Part shown: in pieces, positions 34,193 through 45,296 of the stretch
Layout of the letters: each line of letters begins with the position of its first letter
Position numbering within the stretch: the first letter of the stretch is position 1
Assembly: GCA_963664225.1 (NCBI GenBank)
Contig: OY760937.1
Location: 2,624,001 to 2,688,000, forward strand
Direction: 5' to 3'
Source: Verrucomicrobiia bacterium
Lineage (GTDB): Bacteria; Verrucomicrobiota; Verrucomicrobiia; Limisphaerales; UBA1319
DNA: 64,000 nucleotides
Notes under the pieces: model-generated
Told to the model about the DNA's origin: nothing
Databases searched by the model: none
Seen by the model: only the letters and a program-made list of their open reading frames with translations
Made by a program: the position numbers and the translations under genes

Positions 34193-36433
34193 TTATTTGC
34201 GCGCGCGGGGGACGGGAACGACCAGTCCGGCGTCAATGTATTGGCCCCCGCCGGTTTGATGGCAATGGATGGCCATCACATTGCGTCCCGGCTTGAGGGT
34301 GGCGATGGAGGCGGGCGACAGATCGTATTCCTCATAACCGCTGACAAAGCTTGCGGCTTTGACCGCGAGCACGCCATTGAGATAAACCTCCGCATCCTCG
34401 TCGTGGTGCATCTGCAATTCGACCGGACCCAAATTACCAGCGTCCAGTTCAAATTCGCGCCGCAGCCAAATGTCGCTTGTCTTCCACTCGGTGCCCAACA
34501 GCGCGGATGGGGTTTCGGCGGTGCCAAAACCGCCGCGCCCGATCTTCCATTTCGCCGGATTGAAAGTCGGCTCAAACCAATTATCGGCCGGTTTTTCGAA
34601 GGTGTAATGCCAGGAAACCTGTCCATGCTGCGCATTGGGCGCCACCACCTTGAAAATGGGGGTCGTATCCGGAATCTCTCCCCTGTTTGCGGCGGCTGCC
34701 AGCTCGCCATTCACCTTGATCACCGCCCGATCATACGTCATCAACCCATTGCACTCGGTCTCGACATCCGTGGTCTGCGTATAGACGACCGCGCAGAGGC
34801 CGGGATTGTCCTTCAAGGTCCACGCCTTGCTGAGCAAACGGGCATATTGATCGCTGAGTTTGTTTGAATCCGACATGCCCTGATAACCCCAGGTTTGGCG
34901 GGACCATGTATGGCCATCGACCGCGAGGCCCAGGCCGCCAAATTCACCCAAAACCGTCGCGCGACCGGCCTCGGCCGGAGGTGAGCCGGGTCCGGGATAA
35001 TTGTGCATATCGATGACATCGCCGACTTTTTTATCCGTCCATCCACTGGCGTTGTTGACCAGGCGCGAGGGATCGAGGCTCTTGACCCAGCGTGTCAGGC
35101 GCTCCGTGTCGTATTGGCCCCAACCCTCATTGAACACCACCCAAAGGATGATCGAGGGGTGATTTTGACGGCCGGCAATCATGCGGGCGAATTCCGCCTC
35201 GAACTGGCGTTTGGCTTCCGCACTGCCATTGTTGCCGCCGGGCATGTCCTGCCACACCAGGAGACCCAGTTTGTCGCACCAATAATACCAGCGCTCGGGC
35301 TCCACCTTCACATGTTTGCGGGTCATGTTGAAACCCAGTTGCTTGAGAACCTCCAGATCGTAGCGCAGCGCTGCGTCCGTGGGCGCGGTGTAGATGCCAT
35401 CCGGCCAGAAACCCTGGTCGAGCGTTCCCACCTGGAAGAGGAACTCGTCATTAAGCATGAGGCGGTTGATGCCTTGAGCGTCCTTGCGCAACTCGATCTT
35501 TCTCATCCCGAAATAACTGGAAACCGAGTCGATGACCCTGCCCCCCTTTTTCAAACTCAATTTCAAATCATACAAGAAGGGATGCGCGGGCGACCACAGT
35601 TCCAGCTTCTGAAGCGGCAGGGAAAACTCGGCGTTCGCGGGTCCGTGCGCCCGGCCCACCTCCACCCCGTCGGCCAGCGCCACGGCCTCGATTTCAATGT
35701 CCTCGGCCAGGGTCGCGACAGCGCCTTGCACGCGCAGAACCTTTCCCGCCACGTCCGGCACCAACTTCAAATTATCGATGCAGACCTCCGCCACGGGTTC
35801 CAGCCATACGGTTTGCCAGATGCCCGAGGAGGGTGTGTAGAAAATACCTTCCGGCTTGCGGGACTGCTTGCCTCGCGGTTGATCGGCTTCCGTGGGATCC
35901 TGAACCGCCACGACGATCACCTGGGAACCCTCGGGCTTGAGCGCCTGGGTGATGTCCAGACTAAACCCATCGTAACCGCCGCGGTGAACGCCCAACTCCC
36001 GGTCGTTCACGACGACCCTGGCCTGCCAATCGACCGCCCCGAAATGAAGACGGACCCGCTGGCCGGTCCAGGCCTTGGGCACTTCAAAGCTTCGCCGGTA
36101 CCATAACGTGCTTTTCTCGTCAAAGCGCCGCATCACGCCGGAGAGGGCGGATTCGACGGGGAACGGCACCAGAATTTTGCCTTCATACGCCGTGGGTTCG
36201 GAGGCTGGCATCGGGGTGATGGCATAATCCCATAAACCATTGAGATTGAGCCAGTTTTCGCGGACCAATTGCGGGCGGGGATACTCCCGATGCGCGGTTT
36301 CAGGGGTGACCTCCCTGGCCCAACGGGTGACCAACGGCCCTTGCGCGGGCTTCCAATCCGAATCAGCCGCGTTCAGGCAGGCCACTGCGGCAAGACTCAG
36401 GGCCGCACACACAATTCCTGTTTTCATATTCAT
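34193..36433 (-). CDS. Glycoside hydrolase family 2 with C-terminal beta-sandwich domain
   Basis: EYPRPQ, LNGLWDY, LHFGAVD, SGIWQTVWLE, LDQGFWPDG, RKHVKVEP, WVVFNEGWGQ, LGEFGG; signal peptide. Confidence 0.93.
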   Translation of the reverse strand: MNMKTGIVCAALSLAAVACLNAADSDWKPAQGPLVTRWAREVTPETAHREYPRPQLVRENWLNLNGLWDYAITPMPASEPTAYEGKILVPFPVESALSGVMRRFDEKSTLWYRRSFEVPKAWTGQRVRLHFGAVDWQARVVVNDRELGVHRGGYDGFSLDITQALKPEGSQVIVVAVQDPTEADQPRGKQSRKPEGIFYTPSSGIWQTVWLEPVAEVCIDNLKLVPDVAGKVLRVQGAVATLAEDIEIEAVALADGVEVGRAHGPANAEFSLPLQKLELWSPAHPFLYDLKLSLKKGGRVIDSVSSYFGMRKIELRKDAQGINRLMLNDEFLFQVGTLDQGFWPDGIYTAPTDAALRYDLEVLKQLGFNMTRKHVKVEPERWYYWCDKLGLLVWQDMPGGNNGSAEAKRQFEAEFARMIAGRQNHPSIILWVVFNEGWGQYDTERLTRWVKSLDPSRLVNNASGWTDKKVGDVIDMHNYPGPGSPPAEAGRATVLGEFGGLGLAVDGHTWSRQTWGYQGMSDSNKLSDQYARLLSKAWTLKDNPGLCAVVYTQTTDVETECNGLMTYDRAVIKVNGELAAAANRGEIPDTTPIFKVVAPNAQHGQVSWHYTFEKPADNWFEPTFNPAKWKIGRGGFGTAETPSALLGTEWKTSDIWLRREFELDAGNLGPVELQMHHDEDAEVYLNGVLAVKAASFVSGYEEYDLSPASIATLKPGRNVMAIHCHQTGGGQYIDAGLVVPVPRARK

Positions 36434-36593
36434 GTAAATGTCTTTTATAAACCCAATGGTATGAGCATGTTGGAATTCCGGTAATCCGGCAAAATGAATG
36501 GGTGAACACCATCGCGCTTTGGTGCGCCGGGATGAAACGCGCCCATCCGAGTCCCTGCAAATCAATACGGGCTTGTTGCGCTCGAAGCGCGGA

Positions 36594-37442
36594 TCAACGA
36601 TCGAGCTGGTTGACTCGCACCGGATCCACCGTCCATGTTACTTCGTTGTGAGGCTTGTTATCGTTATTCCAGCGCGACCGCCATTTGGAGAGCTTTGGAC
36701 TCACGACTTCAATGCGCAATGGGCCTTCCGCATGACCGTCCGGGCATAGGATATTGGTTCTGCGGCGATGCCTGTTCGAAGGCCATTGATCTGCTTGCGT
36801 GGGATCCATGTTGGCATCCCAGGAACCGTCCGGCGTGCTGTCACCCAGCATGATCATGTTGGCGGGGCTGACCACCATGCTCTCGCTCACATAGGCTTTG
36901 AAAAAGCCGCCGTTCACGTCGCCTCCCAGGCCCAATTGTGGATCGGCGTTTATATTAATACCCCAATCGTTGTAGGCGAGCGTGAAGCGAGAATCGTTCC
37001 TGATGCCATACGGATCCCAGCGTCCATCCGGCCCAGTGGCTCCCAGAGTGCGGTTGACGTTGGTGTTCCAGGCGTTGGTGGCGCCGGCGGCGGGACAAAA
37101 AAAGACGTTTCGGTTGGTGCCGATCTGGGACAACAGGCGGGGCGCCCAAACGACACACACTTGGGGGACGATGGAATAGCATCCTGGATAGTAGCGGTAT
37201 TCCTGCAAATACATCACCGTGCCGATGCCCACCTGACGCAAGTTATTGAGGCAGGAGATGGACTTGCTTTTGGCCTTGGCGCTGGCCAGCGAGGGCAAAA
37301 GCATTCCCGCCAGGATGGCGATGATGGCAATGACCACCAACAGTTCGATCAGGGTGAATCCAGGACGTGCCACAGGACGCTCAAGTCCCTTGCCAGGCGC
37401 GATCGGACGATCACCCGAAGTATTTCCAAACTCGATCTTCAT
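36594..37442 (-). CDS. Prepilin-type cleavage/methylation protein with H-X9-DG domain
   Basis: [49 protein letters not shown]. Confidence 0.92.
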   Translation of the reverse strand: MKIEFGNTSGDRPIAPGKGLERPVARPGFTLIELLVVIAIIAILAGMLLPSLASAKAKSKSISCLNNLRQVGIGTVMYLQEYRYYPGCYSIVPQVCVVWAPRLLSQIGTNRNVFFCPAAGATNAWNTNVNRTLGATGPDGRWDPYGIRNDSRFTLAYNDWGININADPQLGLGGDVNGGFFKAYVSESMVVSPANMIMLGDSTPDGSWDANMDPTQADQWPSNRHRRRTNILCPDGHAEGPLRIEVVSPKLSKWRSRWNNDNKPHNEVTWTVDPVRVNQLDR

Positions 37443-37679
37443 AACTTTCCTATGTTCTCGCCAAATAAATCGTCAAAAGAATCGTTCCTACAGTACGCCC
37501 TTTTGTGATGGTCGTAAATTAACAATACCCTGGCCAGTTGTATTGTCGCATGAATTGGGGACTGTGCGTTCAAACAACCGGTTCCAGGGCGGCCACATTC
37601 AAGATTTGCTGCAGAAAAGCAGGCTTGCTCCGGGCCAGCGGCTTGCCAGAAGCCCCGCGCGCCCATAGGGTGGAATATT

Positions 37680-38732
37680 ATGGTGAGCGAAGAAAATGTT
37701 CAAAACGCGCTCAAGAGCGTGAAATATCCAGGTTACTCCCGGGACATCGTCTCGTTTGGCCTGGTCCGGGAGATTGAAATCAATGGTCAACGGGTGCGGG
37801 TGTGCCTCCAATTGTCCACTCCAAACCCCGAAGTGGCCCGCCAGCTTCAGGCCGATTGCGAGCAGGCCTTGAAGAAACTGCCTGGAATTGCGGAGGTGGC
37901 CGTCGAGGTCACCGCCCCTGAAACTGCCGCCACACCCGCAGCACGGGCCGGAGATCCCTGGAGCGGCCAGCAGGCCATGCCCGGCATCCGCCGCATTATC
38001 GCCGTGGCCAGCGGCAAAGGCGGCGTGGGCAAATCGACGGTGGCGGTGAACCTCGCCTGCGCTTTGGCCTATATGGGACGCAAGGTCGGTTTGCTGGATT
38101 GCGATATCTATGGTCCCAGCGTTCCCTTGATGATGGGCGTAAACCATCGGCCCACGGTGTCCGATGCGGAAAAGCTCAATCCCCTGGAAAGTCACGGAGT
38201 CAAACTGATGAGCATCGGCTTCCTGCTGGATGGCGATACCCCGGTCATCTGGCGCGGGCCGATGATTGTGAAGACGATCCAGCAATTCCTCGGCGCCGTC
38301 GAATGGGGCGAACTGGATTATTTGCTGGTGGACCTTCCCCCGGGCACTGGCGATGCGCAACTTACGCTTTGCCAGACAGTTCCACTGGACGGCGGAGTCA
38401 TTGTAACCACCCCCCAGGAGGCTTCCCTGGGCGTGGTACGCAAGGGCATGGCCATGTTTTCCAAAGTCAACGTTCCCATCCTGGGCCTCATCGAGAACAT
38501 GAGCTATTTCACCACCCCCGATGGCCAGCGCGTTGAGATTTTCGGCCATGGTGGCGGCAGCCGCGAGGCGGCCCGTCAAAAGGTCGATTTCCTGGGTGAA
38601 ATCCCCATTTTCACTGAAATCCGCGAAGGTGGGGACAGCGGCCTGCCCGTGGCGGTCAGCCAGCCTGACAAACCGCCGGGACAGGCGTTTCGTCAGATTG
38701 CCGAGGCCTTGCGACGCAAATTCAACGATTGA
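37680..38732 (+). CDS. mrp: Mrp/NBP35 Fe-S cluster carrier ATPase (ApbC)
   Basis: N-terminal DUF59-like domain; SGKGGVGKST, DCDIYGPS, WRGPM, DLPPGTGD, GLIENMS. Confidence 0.95.
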   Translation: MVSEENVQNALKSVKYPGYSRDIVSFGLVREIEINGQRVRVCLQLSTPNPEVARQLQADCEQALKKLPGIAEVAVEVTAPETAATPAARAGDPWSGQQAMPGIRRIIAVASGKGGVGKSTVAVNLACALAYMGRKVGLLDCDIYGPSVPLMMGVNHRPTVSDAEKLNPLESHGVKLMSIGFLLDGDTPVIWRGPMIVKTIQQFLGAVEWGELDYLLVDLPPGTGDAQLTLCQTVPLDGGVIVTTPQEASLGVVRKGMAMFSKVNVPILGLIENMSYFTTPDGQRVEIFGHGGGSREAARQKVDFLGEIPIFTEIREGGDSGLPVAVSQPDKPPGQAFRQIAEALRRKFND

Positions 38733-38737
38733 TCTTC

Positions 38738-39085
38738 ATGAGCGATTCTAATACTCCCTCATCCCCCATTCCTGAACCGGTCGCCGGCTTGTGCGAGACG
38801 CGGGTTTGGGATGTTTTACGCACCTGTTACGACCCGGAAATCCCGGTGAACATCGTGGATCTGGGTCTGGTGTATGACGTGGCCATCGAGAACGCCTGCG
38901 TGCGGGTGAAAATGAGCCTTACCGCGGCGGGCTGCCCCATGGCCGGCATGATTGCCGAGAATGCCCGCGCGGCGATTCTGAGCCTTGAAGGTGTGCGCGA
39001 GGCGGATGTGCAGATCGTATGGGACCCGCCGTGGCATCCGAGCATGATCACGGTGGAGGGTAAGAAAACTCTGGGGATGGAATAG
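38738..39085 (+). CDS. DUF59 / SufT-like Fe-S assembly factor
   Basis: YDPEIPVNIVDLGLVY, LTAAGCP, VWDPPW. Confidence 0.93.
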   Translation: MSDSNTPSSPIPEPVAGLCETRVWDVLRTCYDPEIPVNIVDLGLVYDVAIENACVRVKMSLTAAGCPMAGMIAENARAAILSLEGVREADVQIVWDPPWHPSMITVEGKKTLGME

Positions 39086-39088
39086 ACT

Positions 39089-39116
39089 GGCCGCCCGCGA
39101 TCAGGGGGCCTTTTTT
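39089..39116 (+). terminator. Putative intrinsic terminator
   Basis: GC hairpin GGCCGCCC...GGGGGCC followed by T6, directly after the sufT-like gene. Confidence 0.6.
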
Positions 39117-39291
39117 GCGTTATTGGGGTTTATGGAAGGTTTTCCATCAGTTTTTTGAATAAACATCTGGGCAAATCGATCCATTATAACGAATACTGTG
39201 TAACCAATGTCCAGTTGAAGTCGTCTCAATTGGTTCAGACTGGCGCGGGGGAAAATTATTATGCCCGCCCGATTTATTACTAAATTTTACA

Positions 39292-41007
39292 ATGAATGGG
39301 TGTCCGCCGAACTTGTCGAACAAGCCCGGTCCGAACCGCTTTTGCGGTGTCCGGGCAGTGCTATTGTGCTGTTTGTGCGCGGTTTTGGCGGTGGGCAGCG
39401 GTTGTACGCGCAAACAATACCAGAAATCCGCGGATAAGGAAGCCTACAAGGCGATCACCCAAAAAAGCGGCTCCGTGTCGAACATGGAGACCAATTTCTC
39501 CATTCAGACCAATGCGTTGGTGAAGCTTCAGGACTTGAAGGTCATCGATAAGGCTGAGGAGGCGATGGGTCCGGAAGGGACCAACGAGGTTGGGGCGCGG
39601 ATTCTCCCGTTGAGCCGAGCCTTGGAAATAGCCGTAAAAAACAGCCGCACCTACCAAAGCCGCAAAGAAAGCCTCTATCTCTCGGCCCTCGATCTCACGC
39701 TGGCACGGCATCGGTTCACACCCATTTTCTCCGGCGGCGCCTCCTCCCGTTACGAAGGCACCAAGGTGCAGGCCCAGGATAACGTCGATAAACTCACGAG
39801 CCAGCAGGACGTGACCGGCCAGGGCAATGTGGGGGTGGACATGCTGTTGCGCAGCGGCGCGCGCATTGCGGTAGATTTCACTAGCGATTTCACGCGGTTT
39901 GTCGTTGGGGACACCAGCGTGGCCACACATTCCCGCCTGGCGGGCACCATTACCCAGCCCCTGCTGCGCAATGGGGGTTACAAGGCCACCATGGAGAATC
40001 TCACCCAGGCCGAGCGCAACCTGCTCTATGCCTTGCGCGATTTTACCCGGTTCCGAAAAGAATACGCCGTGCAGATTGTCACCGCCTATTACGGAGTTTT
40101 GAGCAGCCGCGACCAGGTGCGCAACGCCTATCTGGGCTACAAGGCCTTTAAGAAGACCTCCGACCGGACACGCGCATTCGTGGAGGTGGGGCAGCAGCGG
40201 GTGGCCGATCTCGGTCGTCTGCGCCAGGAGGAAATTAACAATGAGACGACCTGGATCAACGCCATTCGCTCCTATAAGCAGAATCTCGATCAACTCAAAA
40301 TCCTGCTCGGCTTATCCCCGGAGATGAACCTGGCCCTGGACGATCAGGAACTTGAGCGATTAACGATTGTTCATCCGTCGTTGAGCGTGACGGATGCCGT
40401 GCGAATCGCGATGGCCAACCGCCTGGACCTCTACAACCAGAGGAACCAGTTTGAGGATGCCCAGCGCAAAATCGGCCTGGCCGCCAACGGGCTTCTGCCG
40501 GACCTGGACCTTGTGCTCGCGGCCAATGTCGATAGCAAGCCGGGCAGCGGTTTGCCGGAACTGGATTTTAACAAAACCTCCTGGAGCGGGGGCGTGAACC
40601 TGAATCTGCCCCTGGACCGCAAATCCGAGCGGAATACTTACCGCGCCTCCCTGATCAATTATGAACGGTCCCGGCGCGATCTGGAGTTGAAGGTCGATTC
40701 CATCAAACTCGATATTTACGACGGTTGGCGCAATCTCGATCAGGCCCGGCGCAACTATGAAAGCAGCGATTTGGGTGTAGATTTGAGCAAACGCCGTGTC
40801 GAGGAGCAGAACATGCTTTCCGAACTCGGCCGGGCCACTTCTGAAGAGCAGGTCGCGGCCCAGAACAGCTTAACCGATTCACTTAACAAACGTACCAGTG
40901 CTCTCATCAGCCATTACACGAGCAAACTATCGTTGTGGCGGGATTTGGGCATACTGACGATCAAAGACAACGGCCAGTGGGAGGAAATTTCAGATGTTAA
41001 AAAGTAG
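39292..41007 (+). CDS. TolC-family outer membrane protein (probable lipoprotein)
   Basis: Lipobox-like GSG|C; ITQPLLRNGG, AMANRLDL, LLPDLDL, LNLPLDR; first gene of the efflux operon. Confidence 0.88.
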   Translation: MNGCPPNLSNKPGPNRFCGVRAVLLCCLCAVLAVGSGCTRKQYQKSADKEAYKAITQKSGSVSNMETNFSIQTNALVKLQDLKVIDKAEEAMGPEGTNEVGARILPLSRALEIAVKNSRTYQSRKESLYLSALDLTLARHRFTPIFSGGASSRYEGTKVQAQDNVDKLTSQQDVTGQGNVGVDMLLRSGARIAVDFTSDFTRFVVGDTSVATHSRLAGTITQPLLRNGGYKATMENLTQAERNLLYALRDFTRFRKEYAVQIVTAYYGVLSSRDQVRNAYLGYKAFKKTSDRTRAFVEVGQQRVADLGRLRQEEINNETTWINAIRSYKQNLDQLKILLGLSPEMNLALDDQELERLTIVHPSLSVTDAVRIAMANRLDLYNQRNQFEDAQRKIGLAANGLLPDLDLVLAANVDSKPGSGLPELDFNKTSWSGGVNLNLPLDRKSERNTYRASLINYERSRRDLELKVDSIKLDIYDGWRNLDQARRNYESSDLGVDLSKRRVEEQNMLSELGRATSEEQVAAQNSLTDSLNKRTSALISHYTSKLSLWRDLGILTIKDNGQWEEISDVKK

Positions 41008-43144
41008 CAGTGTCATCCAATTCATCACCCGGCAGCCGAAATGGCGATTGTTCGCTGCGGCAGTGGTTGTCGGCGTCATCTTTTATGCGACTCTGGGGCG
41101 AAAAACGGCCTCAGCCTCCGGCACCACGTTCGTCGCGCGACGCGGCCCGCTGCAAATCTCCGTGCTTGAAGGTGGCAGCGCCGAGGCCCTCGAATCGCAG
41201 GAAATCCGGTCTCAAATCAAAGGCTACCAGGGAACGAAAATCCTGAGCATCGTCGAGGAGGGCTATCTGGTCAACGAGGACGACATCAAGAATGGCAAAA
41301 TCCTGGTTGAACTCGACAACTCGGATCTCAAGCAGCGCATGACGACCGAGGACATTCAATTCCAATCGACACTCTCGGGTTTGATTGAGGCTCAACAGGC
41401 CTACGACATCCAATTGAACCAGAATCGGAGCGATTTGAAGGCTGCGGAACAGAAGGCCAAATTCGCCCGCATGGCCGTGGCCATGCTTCTGGGCAAGAAT
41501 GTGGCGCAGGAAGTGTGCGACAAGCTCGGACTCCACGAGGTCCCCTTCGACAATGAAGTGGACATGGATAAATTGGAAGCGGTGGCTCTGAGCGGGGCCA
41601 ATAAAGTGGGCGATTCATGGGGGACTGCGAATTCTGGGAACATGGGGGGAGGCAATCCAAATTTCAGTCAGAATACGGATCTTCAACAGGGTGGTCCTGC
41701 GGCCCCGCCGCGGGATGCGACCCAGGTTCAAGCCCCTCGCCAGGGTCGGGAAGCCAATGCTGGCGGAGGACAGCGCCGTCGATCCCAGTCGGACGACTCG
41801 GGCGGCACCAATGCACGGCCCAGACGCGCCAGTCCTGATTCAAGCCCGGCCGTTGTCCCGATGGTGGCTGCAGTCACCAATCCGCCGGTGGTCCTCCCTG
41901 TTCCCCAGATCATCTCGATTGGGGATTCCACCAATGCGCCGGTGGTCGATTTCAGCAAATATGCGAAATCGGAACTGCTTGGAGATGGATCCGCGCAACA
42001 GGACTTGCGCAAGATGGAGAACGATTTCCTGGTGGCCACACAGGCGTTGACCGTGGCGCGCATTCATCTTGAGGGCACACAGAAGCTTCTGACCAAGGAC
42101 TTTGTAACCAAGAACGATCTGGATAACGAATTGCTGACCATTAAACGCAACGAAGTGTCCGTAGCCTCTTCGAGCACCGCCCTCGAACTCTACATCCGCT
42201 ACCAGTTTGTCAAAACGGCTGAGGAAACGGTTTCCGCCTATGACGAGGCATTGCGTTCGCTTGAGCGCGCCCGCAAGGAGGCCATTTCCAAACTGGCCCA
42301 GGCTCGTGCGCGGCTCAAATCCGCCGAGGGACGGTATCGGATCGAGGCGGAGCAACGCGCCGAACTGCAGGAGCAGTTTTCCAACTGCGTCATTCGCGCC
42401 AAACGGCCGGGCTTGGTCGTTTATGGTGGCGGCGGGGACGATCGCCGCTTCAACAGTGAGGAACAAATCCGGGAGGGCGCCACCGTGCGCGAGCGCCAGT
42501 CCATCATAACCATTCCAGACATGTCCCGCATGTCCGTCAAAATCAAGATCCACGAATCCCACATCAAGAAAGTTTCCAAGGGTCTCAAGGCGCGGGTCAC
42601 AGCCGATGCCTTCCCTGACAAGGTGCTCGACGGCGAGGTCATCAAGGTGGGCGTGCTACCCGATTCCGCGAACCGTTGGATGAATCCTGACATGAAGGTT
42701 TACATCACGACCATCGCAGTCAATGGAACCTATGAATGGCTCAAACCGGGAATGAGCGCCAAAGTCGAAATCCTGGTCAAGGAACTGCCGGATGTGATCT
42801 ACGTGCCCATTCAAGCGGTGGTGCCAATCAACGGCAAACAGGTTTGCTTCATTCCCACGGTGGGCGCGCCGGAGCAGCGCGTGGTGCAGGCGGGCGATTT
42901 TAACGACGATTTCGTCGAGATCAAAAGCGGCCTCAAGGAGGGCGAGAAGGTGATGCTCACAGCTCCAGCGGGCATTGAGACGGATATGACGAGTGACGAA
43001 ACCGAGGAAGTGGCTCAAAAGAATCCCGCTGCCAAACCCGATGCGGCGGCCCCCGCTCAGGGCGGCGCCTCCAAACGTCCCGAAGGTGCGGCCCCGCGCG
43101 ATCCGAATCGGCAGGCCGGGGCGCCCAGGAATCCGGGGACATGA
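40994..43144 (+). CDS. Periplasmic adaptor (MFP, MacA/HlyD-like) with long low-complexity insertion
   Basis: N-terminal TM; lipoyl halves (IVEEGYLV; IRAKRPGLVVY); WLKPGMSAKVEI, VPIQAV, SGLKEGEKV; 716 aa. Confidence 0.9.
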   Translation: MLKSSSVIQFITRQPKWRLFAAAVVVGVIFYATLGRKTASASGTTFVARRGPLQISVLEGGSAEALESQEIRSQIKGYQGTKILSIVEEGYLVNEDDIKNGKILVELDNSDLKQRMTTEDIQFQSTLSGLIEAQQAYDIQLNQNRSDLKAAEQKAKFARMAVAMLLGKNVAQEVCDKLGLHEVPFDNEVDMDKLEAVALSGANKVGDSWGTANSGNMGGGNPNFSQNTDLQQGGPAAPPRDATQVQAPRQGREANAGGGQRRRSQSDDSGGTNARPRRASPDSSPAVVPMVAAVTNPPVVLPVPQIISIGDSTNAPVVDFSKYAKSELLGDGSAQQDLRKMENDFLVATQALTVARIHLEGTQKLLTKDFVTKNDLDNELLTIKRNEVSVASSSTALELYIRYQFVKTAEETVSAYDEALRSLERARKEAISKLAQARARLKSAEGRYRIEAEQRAELQEQFSNCVIRAKRPGLVVYGGGGDDRRFNSEEQIREGATVRERQSIITIPDMSRMSVKIKIHESHIKKVSKGLKARVTADAFPDKVLDGEVIKVGVLPDSANRWMNPDMKVYITTIAVNGTYEWLKPGMSAKVEILVKELPDVIYVPIQAVVPINGKQVCFIPTVGAPEQRVVQAGDFNDDFVEIKSGLKEGEKVMLTAPAGIETDMTSDETEEVAQKNPAAKPDAAAPAQGGASKRPEGAAPRDPNRQAGAPRNPGT

Positions 43145-43860
43145 GCGCCAAACCCATTGTTCATCTCGATACGGTGCGCAAGACCTACCAGATGGGGGAG
43201 GTCATCGTCGAGGCGTTGCGGGGATTTTCCCTCGAGATTTTCGAGGGCGAATACATCAGCATCATGGGGCCCTCGGGCTGTGGAAAATCCACGCTCCTGA
43301 ACATCCTTGGCTGCCTGGACCGACCCACCTCGGGTCACTATTTTCTGGGGGGCGAGGATGTGTCTCAAATGGAGGATGACCGCCTCTCCAGTGTGCGCGG
43401 GGCCAGGCTGGGATTCATATTTCAATCGTACAACCTGATCCAACAGTTGACCGTGGTGGAGAATATCGAAATTCCCCTCTTCTACCAGGGTCGGCCTGAA
43501 GCGGCCAGTCGCGCACTGGCCACGGAACTGGCCGCGCTTGTGGGGTTGGAATCCCGGCTTTACCACAAGCCCACGGAGCTGTCCGGCGGACAGCAGCAGC
43601 GCGTGGCCATCGCCCGGGCGCTGGTCAACGACCCGCTGGTCATCCTGGCCGACGAACCCACTGGAAATCTCGATTCCACATCCGGGGAGGAAATTCTCGG
43701 CGTGTTCGACGAGTTGCACCAGCAAGGCAAAACCATCATCATGGTCACGCACGACGAGGATATCGCGCATCGCACCGCGCGGAGCATCCGCCTGCGGGAC
43801 GGCCGCATTGAGACGGACACCCACCACAAACGCACGACCGCACCCATCCATGCCAGTTAA
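43141..43860 (+). CDS. ABC ATP-binding protein (MacB/LolD-type)
   Basis: GPSGCGKST, LSGGQQQRVAIARAL, LADEPTGNLD, VTHD. Confidence 0.96.
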   Translation: MSAKPIVHLDTVRKTYQMGEVIVEALRGFSLEIFEGEYISIMGPSGCGKSTLLNILGCLDRPTSGHYFLGGEDVSQMEDDRLSSVRGARLGFIFQSYNLIQQLTVVENIEIPLFYQGRPEAASRALATELAALVGLESRLYHKPTELSGGQQQRVAIARALVNDPLVILADEPTGNLDSTSGEEILGVFDELHQQGKTIIMVTHDEDIAHRTARSIRLRDGRIETDTHHKRTTAPIHAS

Positions 43861-45211
43861 ATTCGAGCACATTAATTTCCAGGCATTGAAAAACGCGCCC
43901 GCCCACACCGAGGGCGCGGGTGTTTCTCTGCGTCGGCTCGACCGCACCATCCGCCTGGGATTAAAGAGTCTGTGGCTGCACCGGTTGCGCTCGCTGCTGA
44001 CGATGCTGGGCATCGTGTTCGGCGTCTGTTCCGTCATCGCCATGCTTGCCATTGGCGAAGGCGCCAGCCATGAGGCTCAGGAGCAGATCAAGAATCTTGG
44101 CAGCCAGAACATCATTCTCCAGAGCATCAAACCGCCCGAGGAACAAAAGGTGGTCTCCGGAAACCAGAGCTTCGCCCTCGATTACGGACTGACCTACCCG
44201 GACATCAAGCGCATCAAGGCCACCATTCCGGGCGTGACCGTCGTGGTGCCCGGCCGCATCATCCGCGAGTATGCGTGGAACATCGGCCGTCGCGCGGACT
44301 GCGAGATCGTCGGCACCGTCCCCTGGTATCCGCAGATGCGCAACCACCGCTTGCGCGCGGGTCGCTTCTTTTCGGATTTGGAAATGGAGGAAGGCTCAAG
44401 CATTTGTGTACTGGGGGCCGAGACCGCGGCGTTGCTCTTCCCCATCACCTCGCCTCTGGGGGAGTCCGTCCGGGTGGGTGGCAATTATTATCGGGTCGTC
44501 GGTGTCATGGAACAGGCCGGCAAGGTTGACAAGAGTTCTGAAGCCGCCAGCGGGGGCGCGCAGGGAAGCTCCGCAAACCGCTTATACATGCCCTTGTCCA
44601 CGGCCAAAACCCGTTTTGGCGAGACCCTCATCAAACGCCGCGCCGGGAGTTTCGAGGCCGAGCGCGTGGAACTTCATGAGGTGACCATCAAGGTGAACGA
44701 CCGCGACCAGGTCATGAACGTGTCCCTTGCCATCAAGGACATCCTGAACCGGAATCATAAAAAACAGGATTACAACATGGTCGTTCCGCTCGAATTGCTC
44801 AAGCGGGCCGAGCGCACAAAACAGATTTTCAATATCGTTCTCGGTTCCATCGCCGCCATTTCGCTGCTGGTCGGCGGCATCGGCATCATGAACATCATGC
44901 TGGCCAGTGTGACCGAACGCACCCGTGAGATCGGCATACGGCGCGCCCTGGGCGCCAAACGCCGGGATATCATCGTTCAATTCCTGGTGGAAACCGTCAT
45001 CCTCTCCGGCTCCGGTGGAATTCTGGGCGTGGCGCTCGGCGTGGCGATTCCCTTTTTGGTCACCCTTTTTGCGGGAATGGTCACCATCGTGACCCTCTGG
45101 TCCCCGATCATCGCCTTCTCCATTTCCGGTCTTGTGGGCATCGTCTTCGGCATCTACCCGGCTTTCCGCGCCGCGAACATGGATCCCGTGGAAGCCCTGC
45201 GCCACGAATAA
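43850..45211 (+). CDS. MacB/FtsX-type ABC permease
   Basis: RSLLTMLGIVFGV, ISLLVGGIGIMNIMLASVTERTREIGIRRALGA, DPVEALRHE. Confidence 0.95.
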   Translation: MPVKFEHINFQALKNAPAHTEGAGVSLRRLDRTIRLGLKSLWLHRLRSLLTMLGIVFGVCSVIAMLAIGEGASHEAQEQIKNLGSQNIILQSIKPPEEQKVVSGNQSFALDYGLTYPDIKRIKATIPGVTVVVPGRIIREYAWNIGRRADCEIVGTVPWYPQMRNHRLRAGRFFSDLEMEEGSSICVLGAETAALLFPITSPLGESVRVGGNYYRVVGVMEQAGKVDKSSEAASGGAQGSSANRLYMPLSTAKTRFGETLIKRRAGSFEAERVELHEVTIKVNDRDQVMNVSLAIKDILNRNHKKQDYNMVVPLELLKRAERTKQIFNIVLGSIAAISLLVGGIGIMNIMLASVTERTREIGIRRALGAKRRDIIVQFLVETVILSGSGGILGVALGVAIPFLVTLFAGMVTIVTLWSPIIAFSISGLVGIVFGIYPAFRAANMDPVEALRHE

Positions 45212-45296
45212 GGCGGCAGAATCCTCCCTCCCCAATCAGGCTGTTGCGCTGCGGATGGAAACATAGTAGATAGTCCGCGCGCAATACCTGCGCTCT

